DNA of 64,000 nt, from NCBI GenBank assembly GCA_041666305.1, contig JBAYHD010000001.1, positions 18,149 to 82,148 on the forward strand, in the 5' to 3' direction. Shown piece by piece: positions 20,123-29,039 of the stretch. Below the pieces are notes generated by a model, which saw only the letters and a program-made list of their open reading frames with translations, had not been told where the DNA came from and searched no databases. The position numbers were made by a program, and so were the translations under genes. Within the stretch, counting starts at the first letter, position 1. Each line of letters opens with the position of its first letter. This DNA is from Minisyncoccota bacterium. Lineage in GTDB: Bacteria; Patescibacteriota; Minisyncoccia; Phycocordibacterales; Phycocordibacteraceae.

Positions 20123-20644
20123 CTAGCTTTCAGCAAGTGTCTGCTCGGACAAAATTTCTTGTACGCGAACAGCTGCTTTTTCGAAGAAATAAATCCAGTG
20201 GCTGTAATCCTCATTCTGATTGCGCTCGCGCCAGCAAGCAAGAATCTCTTCTGCGGTCGCCCATGCAAGCAAGAACTTCTCATGCGCTTCGAGCTGCGTC
20301 GGCACGAGCGCTGCACTCTTTAAGATAATGAGAAAGCAGGTGGCGTGAGCAACTCGGTCCACATTTTTATTGCTGTTGTGATAGTGCGTAAGCGCCTCAC
20401 CGATCTTCTCCGTGTACTCAACATCATACAGGCCGCCCTCTTCTCTGACTTCGCGCAAGATACCTTCCCTAATGTCCTCATCAGGTTCTACACCACCTGA
20501 GAAAAGGAGTAGGAGTCCGTCTCGATCACGTTTCCCTACTGCATACCGCCGACGTATCGGGTCAAACACGACAGCACATCCGCCGTCGCGTCGTTCTTCA
20601 TTTTCTCTTTTAATACCAAATTCAGGTATCCTCTGCGTTTCCAT
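20123..20644 (-). CDS. NUDIX hydrolase
   Basis: Nudix box: SGGVEPDEDIREGILREVREEGG. Confidence 0.75.
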   Translation of the reverse strand: METQRIPEFGIKRENEERRDGGCAVVFDPIRRRYAVGKRDRDGLLLLFSGGVEPDEDIREGILREVREEGGLYDVEYTEKIGEALTHYHNSNKNVDRVAHATCFLIILKSAALVPTQLEAHEKFLLAWATAEEILACWRERNQNEDYSHWIYFFEKAAVRVQEILSEQTLAES

Positions 20645-20650
20645 GGAAAA

Positions 20651-21415
20651 TTATTTCGTCACGACGATTGCACCTCCCTTTTCTAGCAAAATGGTGTGTT
20701 CGAAGTGTGCGGAACGAGAGCCGTCTTTCGTGCGGAAGGTGTAACCGTCGGCGTCGAGTGTCACGGACGCCTTACCGGCAGCGGAGATGGGTTCGAGCGC
20801 GAGCACCATGCCTTCAGTTAGTAATTCGCCTGTGCCGGGTTTGCCGAAATTCGGAATGAAAGGTTCTTCGTGTACGTGCTCGCCCACACCATGCCCGCCG
20901 AGCTCCCGTACGACCTTGAATCCCGCATTTTCAATTTCTTTTTGTATCGCGCTCCCGATATCGCCTATGTGATTCCCGGGCACCGCCACTGCAATGCCCG
21001 CAGCGAGCGCTTTCTCTGTCGCGCGAAGAAGTTTTTCCGTCTGTTCATCCACAATGCCTACCGGCACGGTAATGGCTGCATCCACGACGACGCCATTGTG
21101 CGTGAGACCGAGGTCGAGCCCCGCGATATCGCCCTCTTTCAATACTTTTCGGGACTCGTTCGGTATGCCGTGCACCACTTCATCGTTTATGGACACGCAG
21201 AGCGTCGCCGGATAGGGCCGATTCGCGCCTTCGGGCGTATAGCCGAGGAAGCACGGTTCATCGCCGCCGTTGCGAATCATCTGTTCCGCGAGGTCATCAA
21301 GCTCCTCGGCCGTGACGCCCGGTGCCACTTTCGCGCGCAGCGCCTTGAGCACCTCCGCGAGCCGTTTCCCTCCCTCAATCAAGTCCGCACGCTGTGTGTC
21401 GCTGGAAATGGTCAT
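20651..21415 (-). CDS. map: type I methionine aminopeptidase
   Basis: 254 aa. Contains GYTPEGANRPYPATLCVSINDEVVHGIP, IAGLDLGLTHNGVVVDAAITV, HGVGEHVHEEPFIPNFG. Confidence 0.93.
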   Translation of the reverse strand: MTISSDTQRADLIEGGKRLAEVLKALRAKVAPGVTAEELDDLAEQMIRNGGDEPCFLGYTPEGANRPYPATLCVSINDEVVHGIPNESRKVLKEGDIAGLDLGLTHNGVVVDAAITVPVGIVDEQTEKLLRATEKALAAGIAVAVPGNHIGDIGSAIQKEIENAGFKVVRELGGHGVGEHVHEEPFIPNFGKPGTGELLTEGMVLALEPISAAGKASVTLDADGYTFRTKDGSRSAHFEHTILLEKGGAIVVTK

Positions 21416-21978
21416 TAGATGCCGAGCGCCGTATTGATATCGGCTGCAATTGGTTCTCGCGCTCGTTCGCCGTCAATTTCGATCAACATGCCCTTGCTCC
21501 GGAACATTTCAATGACCGGTTCAGTATATTCGCGATATTCCTTCAGGCGCTCATCAACCGCATTATCATCGACGCGCCCCTCGATATCTTTCCGCAACGC
21601 GAGACGATGTTTGATCTCTTCATCCGATACCTTCAAGTGTATGACCGAGAATACGCGGTCAAGCCACGCGAGCGATTCCACGGCGAGTTCCGCTTCGGGA
21701 AGTTTCCGGCTGAATCCGTCAAAAATGATGCTTTCATTTTCCGCGAGCGAAAAAAGATTCTTCAAAAAAAGATAGGTAGCAAACCAGTGCGGCGCGAGAA
21801 GCCCCGCATTTATTTCCGACTTCACCTTCCGCCCAACGGGCGTATCCTCGGTCGCAATCATGCGAAATCCATCCCCGCTTGAAAGGATTTCCCAGCCGGT
21901 CTTAGCGGAGAGAAGTTTTGTCTGATCGCCCTTCCCGCAGCCCGGCTTCCCTATGAAAAATATCGTGCGCGTTTCCAT
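21415..21978 (-). CDS. adk: adenylate kinase
   Basis: METRTIFFIGKPGCGKGDQTKLL (P-loop)...FDGFSRKLPEAE. ATG at 21978 preferred over the ORF-track start 22044. Shares 1 nt with the map start. Confidence 0.85.
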   Translation of the reverse strand: METRTIFFIGKPGCGKGDQTKLLSAKTGWEILSSGDGFRMIATEDTPVGRKVKSEINAGLLAPHWFATYLFLKNLFSLAENESIIFDGFSRKLPEAELAVESLAWLDRVFSVIHLKVSDEEIKHRLALRKDIEGRVDDNAVDERLKEYREYTEPVIEMFRSKGMLIEIDGERAREPIAADINTALGI

Positions 21979-22181
21979 TCCTATTACTTTACCATTCATT
22001 AAGAGTTCGTTCAAAAACTTTAGATGCGCGGCGCGGACGAGCACCGAACCGAGCCGTACTGAAGGGTACGGTGAGGGAGGAGCGGAGTCCGCACCACATA
22101 GAGTACTTCAGAAAACATAGTCGTGAGTACACTCCTTGTTTTCTTGGTCGCAACAAAGCAGATGAAGTTTTTGGACGGGCT

Positions 22182-23456
22182 CTAATATTCGCGGAGCGAA
22201 ACTTGAGCATCAATCTTGTGAGCAAGATCAAGTGCGACCTGCACGGCAATAAGAAGCGCTGTGCCGCCGAGCACCAGCGTGGTGACGCCCGTGAGTCCCT
22301 GAATGATTGATGGGGAGATGGCGATAAGACCGAGAAAACAAGCGCCGGGAAGCGTGACACGATTCACGACCTTGCCGATGTAGTCCTCCGTCTCGCGGCC
22401 GGGGCGAACTCCAGGAACGAAGGCACCGGTCTTCTGGAGATTCTCCGCAACACGATGCGGCTCAAAGGTAACGGCGGTGTAGAAGTAGGTGAAGAGCACC
22501 ACAAGAAGGAAATATGCCGCCCCGTATTGCCATGGATTGGAAAGGAATGAGGAGTACCAAAGCGCCGCACTTGAGGCAAAGGATATCTTCAGAGCACCGA
22601 GCATCGAGAGCGCCATCTGGGGCAAAAGCAGGAGCGACAATGCAAAGATGATCGGAATAACGCCTGCCTGCAAGAGACGTATCGGAAGATACGTCGCGGC
22701 ACCCTGCGACATCGCTGCGCCGCGCACCGCGCGCGCATACGCAATCGGGATGGAACGTTCCGCGTCCGACACGACGACGACCGCGTAGATCATTGCGAGT
22801 GCAAGTGCGATGAATGCGACGTATGCGGGGATGTTCGCAGCGGATGCGGCAAACAAAGTCTGCGAAATGCTCGAGGGCACGCTTGCGAGGATGCCCGCAA
22901 GAATGACGAGCGATACGCCGTTGCCGATACCGAACTCCGTCACGAGCTCGCCGAGCCACATAAGAAGCATGGAACCGGAGGCGATAATGGCAATATTTGC
23001 GATGAGAGCGATCGTGCTCAAGTGAGCAATGACACCCTGGCTCTCGAGAAGAAGCAAGAAACCGATGCCCTGCAATACGGCGATAGGAATGGTGAGCAGG
23101 CGGCTCCATTCGATGAATTTTGCGCGGCCGGCTTCGCCTTCTTCAAAATACGCCTGCTTGACCTGCGGAAAGATGATAGTACCGAGCTGCATGATGATGG
23201 ATGCGGTGATGTACGGGCCGACGCCGAGCATCACGATGGAAAGCGAAGAGAGCCCGCCGCCGGAGAAGATATTCAGAAGCCCGAAGAATTGATTATTCGA
23301 AAAAAACGCCGCAAGCGCGTTCTTATCAACACCCGGTATCGGGATAGAGGCAAGAAGACGGAACAACACGAGCGCACCAATGAGGAAGAGGATTCGGGAA
23401 CGTATCTCGGAAGCGCCGAAAGCAAGTTTGAGCTTGTGAATGAAGGAATTAAGCAT
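22182..23456 (-). CDS. secY: preprotein translocase subunit SecY
   Basis: 424 aa with 10 TM. MLNSFIHKLKLAFGASEIRSRILFLIGALVLFRLLASIPIPGVD. Confidence 0.95.
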   Translation of the reverse strand: MLNSFIHKLKLAFGASEIRSRILFLIGALVLFRLLASIPIPGVDKNALAAFFSNNQFFGLLNIFSGGGLSSLSIVMLGVGPYITASIIMQLGTIIFPQVKQAYFEEGEAGRAKFIEWSRLLTIPIAVLQGIGFLLLLESQGVIAHLSTIALIANIAIIASGSMLLMWLGELVTEFGIGNGVSLVILAGILASVPSSISQTLFAASAANIPAYVAFIALALAMIYAVVVVSDAERSIPIAYARAVRGAAMSQGAATYLPIRLLQAGVIPIIFALSLLLLPQMALSMLGALKISFASSAALWYSSFLSNPWQYGAAYFLLVVLFTYFYTAVTFEPHRVAENLQKTGAFVPGVRPGRETEDYIGKVVNRVTLPGACFLGLIAISPSIIQGLTGVTTLVLGGTALLIAVQVALDLAHKIDAQVSLREY

Positions 23457-23901
23457 GGATGGTCCCGCCGGCTGCAGTGATCGCAGCGCGTGCAGTAACG
23501 GAAAGTGTACAACCTTTTATAACAAGTGCTTTTGCAAGCGTGCCGGTGCCGAGTATCTTCACAATCGGTGCACGTCCTTTTGCGCGACGTACAAGACCTT
23601 TCGCGACCAGCGATGCAGGCGAGACGGTCTCGCCTGCCTTGTAGGCGGCTTCAAGCGCCGCGAGATTCACCGCGGAAACCGCGATGCGGTTGACCTTCAC
23701 GGAGCGAGCTCGGTTCTTGCCGTGTCCGCGGCGCTTTGGGAGCTTCTTGATAAGGTCGCGCACTTCCGGGCGGATGTGGTGACCCGCGCGTGCCGTCTGC
23801 CCCTTCCCTCCGCGACCGGAAGTCTTTCCGCGCTTGCCACCGCGACCGACTGGCGCGTTCTTTTTATTTTTAGTGCGTGGTGAAATGGTGTTGAGTTGCA
23901 T
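23449..23901 (-). CDS. rplO: 50S ribosomal protein L15
   Basis: MQLNTISPRTKNKKNAPVGRGGKRGKTSGRGGKGQ. Overlaps secY by 8 nt. Directly follows rpsE with no L30 gene between. Confidence 0.9.
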   Translation of the reverse strand: MQLNTISPRTKNKKNAPVGRGGKRGKTSGRGGKGQTARAGHHIRPEVRDLIKKLPKRRGHGKNRARSVKVNRIAVSAVNLAALEAAYKAGETVSPASLVAKGLVRRAKGRAPIVKILGTGTLAKALVIKGCTLSVTARAAITAAGGTIHA

Positions 23902-24003
23902 ACCCCGTATGATTATTTGCCGCAATTGCGGTCGCTGATAAATCGCACAAATTTTTGCTTACGAGAGATGTGTTGAGTAATCATACGGGGCATACAAAAA
24001 TGA

Positions 24004-24627
24004 TTATGCGCTACGAAGCTTCTTCAACGCCGTGATCGTTGCGCGCGCAATGGTGAGCTTATTCTTCGTGCGCGTGTGGATCTTCGTCACGACGTCGGTC
24101 ACGCCCGCGAGGTCGAGCACGGTGCGCATCGCCGAACCGGCGACGAGCCCGCGCCCCTTGGACGGAATGATTTCTACGATGGAAGAAGCGTACTTTGCTT
24201 TCACCTGATGCGGAATGGAACCTGACTTTGTTCGAGCAACGGTGAAGAGATGCTTCTTCGCATCCCGAGTCGCTTTATCGATTGCGAGCGCAGTGTCCGC
24301 AGCTTTGCCGAGGCCGACCCCCACACGACCCTTCTTATCGCCGATGACGACGACGAGGCTGAAATTGAAGCGGCGACCGCCGGCCATAACACGGGCCACG
24401 CGGCGCGCATCGATGGTCACCTGGTCGAACTCGCCGCGCTCACGCGGCGGCCGACCGCGGCCGCCGCCGCGCGGAGCGCGGCCGCGCATAGCACCACGGC
24501 CGCCGCCGCGCTGCGCGGCGGCGGGAGCTGCTGGAGCGACTTCTGCCGCAGCAACTTCAACAACCGCCTCGGGCGCGGTTACTTCCTCCACTTCCTGTAT
24601 GATCTCCGGCTTAAGGGGTGTAGTCAT
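24004..24627 (-). CDS. rpsE: 30S ribosomal protein S5 (with ~60-aa Ala/Pro/Arg/Gly-rich N-terminal extension)
   Basis: ARRVARVMAGGRRFNFSLVVVIGDKKGRVGVGLGKA...VKAKYASSIVEIIPSKGRGLVAG. Confidence 0.92.
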   Translation of the reverse strand: MTTPLKPEIIQEVEEVTAPEAVVEVAAAEVAPAAPAAAQRGGGRGAMRGRAPRGGGRGRPPRERGEFDQVTIDARRVARVMAGGRRFNFSLVVVIGDKKGRVGVGLGKAADTALAIDKATRDAKKHLFTVARTKSGSIPHQVKAKYASSIVEIIPSKGRGLVAGSAMRTVLDLAGVTDVVTKIHTRTKNKLTIARATITALKKLRSA

Positions 24628-24632
24628 AGTAT

Positions 24633-24983
24633 TTAAAAAGTAAGTCCTCCTTCGCGCGCGGCATCGGCAAGCGCTTTCACCTGGCCGGCGTAGCGATAGC
24701 CACCGCGATCAAACACGATTGTCGTGATGCCTTTCGCTTTTGCCGCCTTGGCGACCGCGCTACCCACCGCCTTTGCCTGCACCGACTGAGCGCCTTTGAA
24801 TTCGCGTCCGTGCGAAGCGGCGATGGTCTTCCCCGCCACGTCATCAATGAGTTGTGCGGAAACGAAACGGTTACTGCGAAAAACGGCGAGACGCGGGCGC
24901 TCCGCGGTACCCTTCACCGTCGCACGCACGCGCGCATGGCGGCGCTTGCGCAATTCACTGGTAGTAGTGGGTTTGTGATTCAT
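24633..24983 (-). CDS. rplR: 50S ribosomal protein L18
   Basis: [47 protein letters not shown]. Confidence 0.92.
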   Translation of the reverse strand: MNHKPTTTSELRKRRHARVRATVKGTAERPRLAVFRSNRFVSAQLIDDVAGKTIAASHGREFKGAQSVQAKAVGSAVAKAAKAKGITTIVFDRGGYRYAGQVKALADAAREGGLTF

Positions 24984-24989
24984 ATACGC

Positions 24990-25520
24990 TTAGACGGCCT
25001 TTTTGCCCTGCTTGCGGCGGATGACTTCGCCTTCATAGTGAATGCCTTTGCCGAGGTATGGCTCCGGTGGCTTGATGCGACGCACATTTGCGGCGAACTG
25101 CCCGACCGATTCCTTGTTCACGCTTTCGAGCGTCATCACGTTCTTCTCAACCTTTGCCGAAACATCTTCCGGTATCGTGAGCGGGACCGTGTGCGAGAAG
25201 CCGACCGTGAGCACGACCTCCTTTCCTCTCACTTCCATCTTGTAGCCGACGCCGTCCATGACGAGCTTTTTCACATAGGGCGTCTCGACACCCTGCACCA
25301 TATTCTTCACGTGCGATGCATAGGTGCCGGTAAGCGCTTTCGAAAGGCGGGAGCCGTCCTTCGGCGTGATTATGACACCCTCCGGAGAGACAGCGATATC
25401 CACGGTGGGATGCACACGCTTGGTAAGCGTGCCCTTAGTACCTTTCACGGTGAGCGTACCGCCCGCCACCGACACGGCGGTCTTTCCTACTGAAATCGGC
25501 TTTTTTGCGAGGCGTGACAT
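24990..25520 (-). CDS. rplF: 50S ribosomal protein L6
   Basis: MSRLAKKPISVGKTAVSVAGGTLTVKGTKG. ATG at 25520 preferred over the ORF-track extension. Confidence 0.92.
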   Translation of the reverse strand: MSRLAKKPISVGKTAVSVAGGTLTVKGTKGTLTKRVHPTVDIAVSPEGVIITPKDGSRLSKALTGTYASHVKNMVQGVETPYVKKLVMDGVGYKMEVRGKEVVLTVGFSHTVPLTIPEDVSAKVEKNVMTLESVNKESVGQFAANVRRIKPPEPYLGKGIHYEGEVIRRKQGKKAV

Positions 25521-25530
25521 ATAAAAATAA

Positions 25531-25935
25531 TTACCAGATCTCGAAGAGGTCCTCGCCGCCGACCCTATTCTTACGCGCCTCGGCATCCGTGATGATGCCG
25601 AGCGATGACGAAAGAATGCGCGCGCCGGTGCCGCCCTTCACTTTGTGTGCGGCAGTGTGCGGCGCGTACAGCCGGCGGCCCGGCTTACTGATGCGCTTCA
25701 CGCCGCGAAGCTTCGCTTCTCCGCGCTCGTTGTAGGCGAGTTCTACGATAATATTTTTCTTCACACTTCCCTCTTCTTTTTCTTTCACTTCAACACGAGA
25801 AACAAAACCCAGCTCGCGAAGTTTCTTCGCGATAGTGAGCAGATGTTCCGAATACGGTAGAGAAACTTCTTTCTTGCCGATCATCGCGGCATTCTGCAAA
25901 CGAATTATGAAATCTCCGACGCGGTCAGTTACCAT
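25531..25935 (-). CDS. rpsH: 30S ribosomal protein S8
   Basis: [24 protein letters not shown]...GGEDLFEIW. Confidence 0.93.
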   Translation of the reverse strand: MVTDRVGDFIIRLQNAAMIGKKEVSLPYSEHLLTIAKKLRELGFVSRVEVKEKEEGSVKKNIIVELAYNERGEAKLRGVKRISKPGRRLYAPHTAAHKVKGGTGARILSSSLGIITDAEARKNRVGGEDLFEIW

Positions 25936-26198
25936 GACGCTTTCTTTACGCCCGGTATCTTCCCCTCGCGTGCGAGCTCGCGGAACTGGATGCGCGAAAG
26001 ACCGAAAGTGCGCATATAACCGCGAGAGCGACCGCTGATGGCACAGCGATTTTTCAGCCGAACAGGAGACGAATTCCTCGGAAGGGCTTGAAGGCCAGCA
26101 GAGTCACCGGCGGCTTTGAGGGCCGCGCGCTTGACTGCATATTTCGCTACGAGTTTCGTCTTTTTGACGAGTCGCGCGAGCTGGGATTTCTTTGCCAT
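25929..26198 (-). CDS. rpsN: 30S ribosomal protein S14 (long, non-zinc type)
   Basis: [32 protein letters not shown]...[42 protein letters not shown] 26198 preferred. Confidence 0.9.
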   Translation of the reverse strand: MAKKSQLARLVKKTKLVAKYAVKRAALKAAGDSAGLQALPRNSSPVRLKNRCAISGRSRGYMRTFGLSRIQFRELAREGKIPGVKKASW

Positions 26199-26322
26199 GT
26201 AAAAAATAAAGCCCCGAAGAGCGTGCAAGTAATGTATCACCTAGCTCCTACCCCGTCAAACCGACTGCTTTAGAAAACGGAAATCGCTCGGGTGGAGCAG
26301 TTTCCGCCGAGCGACTTGCTTT

Positions 26323-26637
26323 TTAGCCATCTAGGTTTGACATGCACGCAGCCCAGCTCGCCTGTCGCCGAGCAGGTTCGCCCAGTTCGAGAACTTCGCT
26401 ACCTATCGTGGTTTCGTATTCGTAGCCAGCGAGCTGTTCAAGTTCAAGGAGTGGGATGACCTCCTCGTTGATCGCCTTCAAGATCTCTGCAGGAATGGGC
26501 TTCCCTACTCCCTGAAAAATTACTGTCTCTTTCCCGCAACTGATCGTGCGATGCATTGTTACAGTCATGGTTTCAAGCTCAGTCGAGATGCCATTCTGTT
26601 TCAGAATGGCAAAGAACTTTCGATTGCTTCCCAACAT
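26323..26637 (-). CDS. hypothetical protein (first gene of the rpsN-rplE insertion)
   Basis: 104 aa. Good SD (aaggagga) 7 nt upstream of the ATG. No recognisable motif. Confidence 0.4.
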   Translation of the reverse strand: MLGSNRKFFAILKQNGISTELETMTVTMHRTISCGKETVIFQGVGKPIPAEILKAINEEVIPLLELEQLAGYEYETTIGSEVLELGEPARRQASWAACMSNLDG

Positions 26638-26735
26638 GATTTCCTCCTTTTCAGGAAAAATATTGATACCGATTCACCATTGAATCCGAACCCAACCAAT
26701 AGTAGACCGATAGGCGAAAAAAGTAAAATTACCAT

Positions 26736-26774
26736 TATCCCCATTTTGACCCGGTCGGGTCATTATTGGGATAC
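26736..26774. repeat. 39-bp imperfect-palindromic element, copy 1 (TATCCCCATTTTGACCCGGTCGGGTCATTATTGGGATAC); perfect 16-bp inner palindrome TGACCCGGTCGGGTCA
   Basis: 100% identical to 27379..27417. Flanks the wHTH/PaaX-like gene. Confidence 0.9.
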
Positions 26775-26795
26775 GTGGTTTAGTATGATTAAGCG

Positions 26796-27377
26796 ATGGG
26801 GACAGTTGAAGTGGGGGCAAAAATAAAAAGAAGAAAGAGAGATCTGCGGAGTGCAGCGCTCATCACCATCGGTTTGGCCGGGACTATCGCCGTCGCCGCC
26901 GTTGCACCAAACATGTTCCAGCTCCTCGGAAAGACCGGTCTACTTACCCGTCTTAAGTATCGCAGTAAGGGAGTACTCGCTCGATTGAAGTACAAAGGCG
27001 AGATCGAATTTGTAGAAAAGAACGGGAAGAAATATGTACGACTAACCGACAAGGGTGAAAAAATGTTGGATCTCAATCGCGAGAAATTAAATCTAACGAA
27101 CAAGAAACCGAAAAGGTGGGATCGCCGATACCGGCTGGTCATGTTCGATATACCGGAGAAACGGAACAACATCCGCAAGCTCTTACGTTTTGAGATGCGG
27201 GAGATCGGTTTCTTGCGTATACAGGACAGCGTCTGGGTCTACCCTTTTGATTGCGAAGAGTTCATCACACTCCTTAAGGCGGACTTGCGGGTTGGTAAGG
27301 ATATTCTCTACGCAGTTGTAGAAGAAATAGAAAACGACAAGTGGATCCGCAAACACTTTAATCTACCCCTTAAATAA
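26796..27377 (+). CDS. PaaX-like winged-helix regulator family protein with Cas2-like beta-alpha-beta-beta motif (paralog 1)
   Basis: 193 aa. N-terminal hydrophobic helix, wHTH-like KYKGEIEFVEKNGKKYVRLTDKGEKML, then RWDRRYRLVMFDIPEKRNNIRKLLRFEMREIGFLRIQDSVWVYPFDCE. This pattern matches PaaX (WDGxWxLVxF...R..LRxxLxxxGFgxLQxSVWV) and the Cas2 YDV...KRR...G.RVQNSVF signature. Convergent with the r-protein genes. Confidence 0.55.
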   Translation: MGTVEVGAKIKRRKRDLRSAALITIGLAGTIAVAAVAPNMFQLLGKTGLLTRLKYRSKGVLARLKYKGEIEFVEKNGKKYVRLTDKGEKMLDLNREKLNLTNKKPKRWDRRYRLVMFDIPEKRNNIRKLLRFEMREIGFLRIQDSVWVYPFDCEEFITLLKADLRVGKDILYAVVEEIENDKWIRKHFNLPLK

Positions 27378-27378
27378 C

Positions 27379-27417
27379 TATCCCCATTTTGACCCGGTCG
27401 GGTCATTATTGGGATAC
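27379..27417. repeat. 39-bp palindromic element, copy 2 (identical to 26736..26774); similarity continues ~15 bp beyond (GTGGTTT(A)GTAT)
   Basis: Direct comparison. Confidence 0.9.
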
Positions 27418-27442
27418 ATTAGTGGTTTGTATTAAAATAAAA

Positions 27443-27991
27443 CTACTTTTTCGGAGCTTCGACGATAAGAGGGAGACCCAAGTGACGGAAGAAAGCCTCG
27501 GCCTCGGCCTTCGATTTTGCGGTCGTAACCACGGTCATAGCGAGCCCGAACACGTCCTTCAGGTCCTCGTCGGAAGTTTCCGGAAAGATGGTGTGTTCCT
27601 TGATGCCGATGGTGATATTGCCCATGTCATCAATGGCTTTTGCTGAGAGGCCGCGGAAGTCACGAGTGCGCGGGAGAGCGATGTGGATGAGTTTGTCGAG
27701 GAAGTCATACATCCGGGCGCCGCGGAGCGTCACCTGGAGCCCAACGGTATCGCCTTCGCGCACCTTGAAGGATGCGATGGATTGTTTCGCGGCGCGCGGT
27801 GCCGGTTTCTGCCCAGTGATCTTTCCAAGACGATTCTCAATAAGTTCGATCTGCTTCTTGTCGCGCTTCTTGCCGACGCCGGTGGAGACAACGACTTTCA
27901 TAATGCGCGGGCCCTGCATCGGGCTCGTGTAGCCGAAATCCTTCGCGAGGGCGAGGTAGGCGGTCTGTTGGCGTTCTTTGGTAATAGACAT
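27443..27991 (-). CDS. rplE: 50S ribosomal protein L5
   Basis: MSITKERQQTAYLALAKDFGYTSPMQGPRIMKVVVSTGVG...DFRGLS. ATG 27991 preferred. Confidence 0.92.
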   Translation of the reverse strand: MSITKERQQTAYLALAKDFGYTSPMQGPRIMKVVVSTGVGKKRDKKQIELIENRLGKITGQKPAPRAAKQSIASFKVREGDTVGLQVTLRGARMYDFLDKLIHIALPRTRDFRGLSAKAIDDMGNITIGIKEHTIFPETSDEDLKDVFGLAMTVVTTAKSKAEAEAFFRHLGLPLIVEAPKK

Positions 27992-28001
27992 AATTGCAAT
28001 A

Positions 28002-28295
28002 TTATTTTGCGCCTGCGGCTGGCTTAGCAGTCTTCTTCGCCTTTTTAACCGGCGCATCGAGTGCCGACTGTATCTTCACCGCTTCAACGCGAGCGACATT
28101 TGATGCATCAATGGCGCGCGGACGCTCCGCGATGCTGCCGACCTTCCCTTGGCCGCCCTTCAGGTGGCGCTTGTAGAGCGCAACGCCTTCGATGACGACT
28201 TTATTCTCGCGCGGTAGTGCGCGCAGAATGACGCCGGACTTACCTTTGTCCTTGCCTGCGATGACTTTCACTTTGTCTCCTTTTTTTACGTGCAT
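28002..28295 (-). CDS. rplX: 50S ribosomal protein L24
   Basis: MHVKKGDKVKVIAGKDKGKSGVILRALPRENKVVIEGVALYKRH (KOW motif). ATG 28295 preferred. Confidence 0.9.
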   Translation of the reverse strand: MHVKKGDKVKVIAGKDKGKSGVILRALPRENKVVIEGVALYKRHLKGGQGKVGSIAERPRAIDASNVARVEAVKIQSALDAPVKKAKKTAKPAAGAK

Positions 28296-28305
28296 ATGCA
28301 ATGTA

Positions 28306-28683
28306 TTAAACGACTTCAGGCGCCAAAGCGACAATGTTGTGCCAGCCCTTCTCGGAAAGCTCGCGCGGGACCGGACCGAAAATGCGGTTCCCCTTCGGGC
28401 CCATTTCCTTGCCCTGCTTCTCAATGAGTACGACCGCATTCTCATCGAAGCGAATATATGAACCGTCCTTGCGCGCGAACGGATTGACCTGGCGCACCAC
28501 GACCGCGCGGAAGATATCTTTCTTCTTCACCGCCTTTCGTGGAGCCGCCGTCTGAATAGAGACGACCACCGTGTCGCCGATACCCGCGTAGCGGCGCTTG
28601 CTGCCGCCGAGTATTTTGAAAATACGCGCGACTTGGCCGCCGGAATTATCTGCAACTGTAACGATGGATTGAGCCTGCAACAT
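28306..28683 (-). CDS. rplN: 50S ribosomal protein L14
   Basis: MLQAQSIVTVADNSGGQVARIFKILGGSKRRYAGIGDTVVVSIQ. Confidence 0.93.
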   Translation of the reverse strand: MLQAQSIVTVADNSGGQVARIFKILGGSKRRYAGIGDTVVVSIQTAAPRKAVKKKDIFRAVVVRQVNPFARKDGSYIRFDENAVVLIEKQGKEMGPKGNRIFGPVPRELSEKGWHNIVALAPEVV

Positions 28684-28684
28684 A

Positions 28685-29035
28685 TTATTCAGCCGAGGTA
28701 ACTCCTCGCTTCGAGGTGTTTCCTCGATCCTTATCAGTGACTCCTTGCTTCAAGGTGTCTCCTTGATCCTCATAATCAGCGGATACGGTCTTCGTCGGAT
28801 CAATGGCGAACCGCTTCAGTTTGGAAATAGGACGTGTCGCAACGATGGTCACCGTGTCGCCGACTTTCACGGTGTTGCCGGGATCATGCGCGAGATACTT
28901 CTTGGAGCGCACGAAATACTTCTTGTATTTCGCATTCTTCACGTAGCGGTCCACTTTGACCGTGGCCGTATCTTTCATCGCCGTCTTCACGACGGTGCCG
29001 ACGAACGTTTGGGGGCGGAGGGTTTTTGTTTCCAT
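28685..29035 (-). CDS. rpsQ: 30S ribosomal protein S17 (C-terminal extension)
   Basis: TFVGTVVKTAMKDTATVKVDRYVKNAKYKKYFVRSKKYLAHD. Confidence 0.9.
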   Translation of the reverse strand: METKTLRPQTFVGTVVKTAMKDTATVKVDRYVKNAKYKKYFVRSKKYLAHDPGNTVKVGDTVTIVATRPISKLKRFAIDPTKTVSADYEDQGDTLKQGVTDKDRGNTSKRGVTSAE

Positions 29036-29039
29036 AGTA

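Noticed and set aside
21979-22181. 203-bp gap between secY and adk might hide a small gene such as infA or rpmJ
   Set aside because: No ORF with IF-1 or L36 signatures (such as the L36 CxxC...CxxxxH motif) was found on the minus strand in this gap. It appears to be plain intergenic sequence.
26736-27417. Two identical 39-bp repeats could be read as a minimal CRISPR array
   Set aside because: There are only two copies, and they are 643 bp apart with a protein-coding gene between them rather than a 30-40-bp spacer. No cas genes are present. The repeat is a palindrome typical of protein-binding sites or MITE ends.
26736-27417. Integron-like attC sites flanking a gene cassette
   Set aside because: No GTTRRRY / RYYYAAC core sites are present, and no IntI integrase is in the window. 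The resemblance is only conceptual (palindromic sites bounding a single ORF), so the elements were left as unclassified palindromic repeats.
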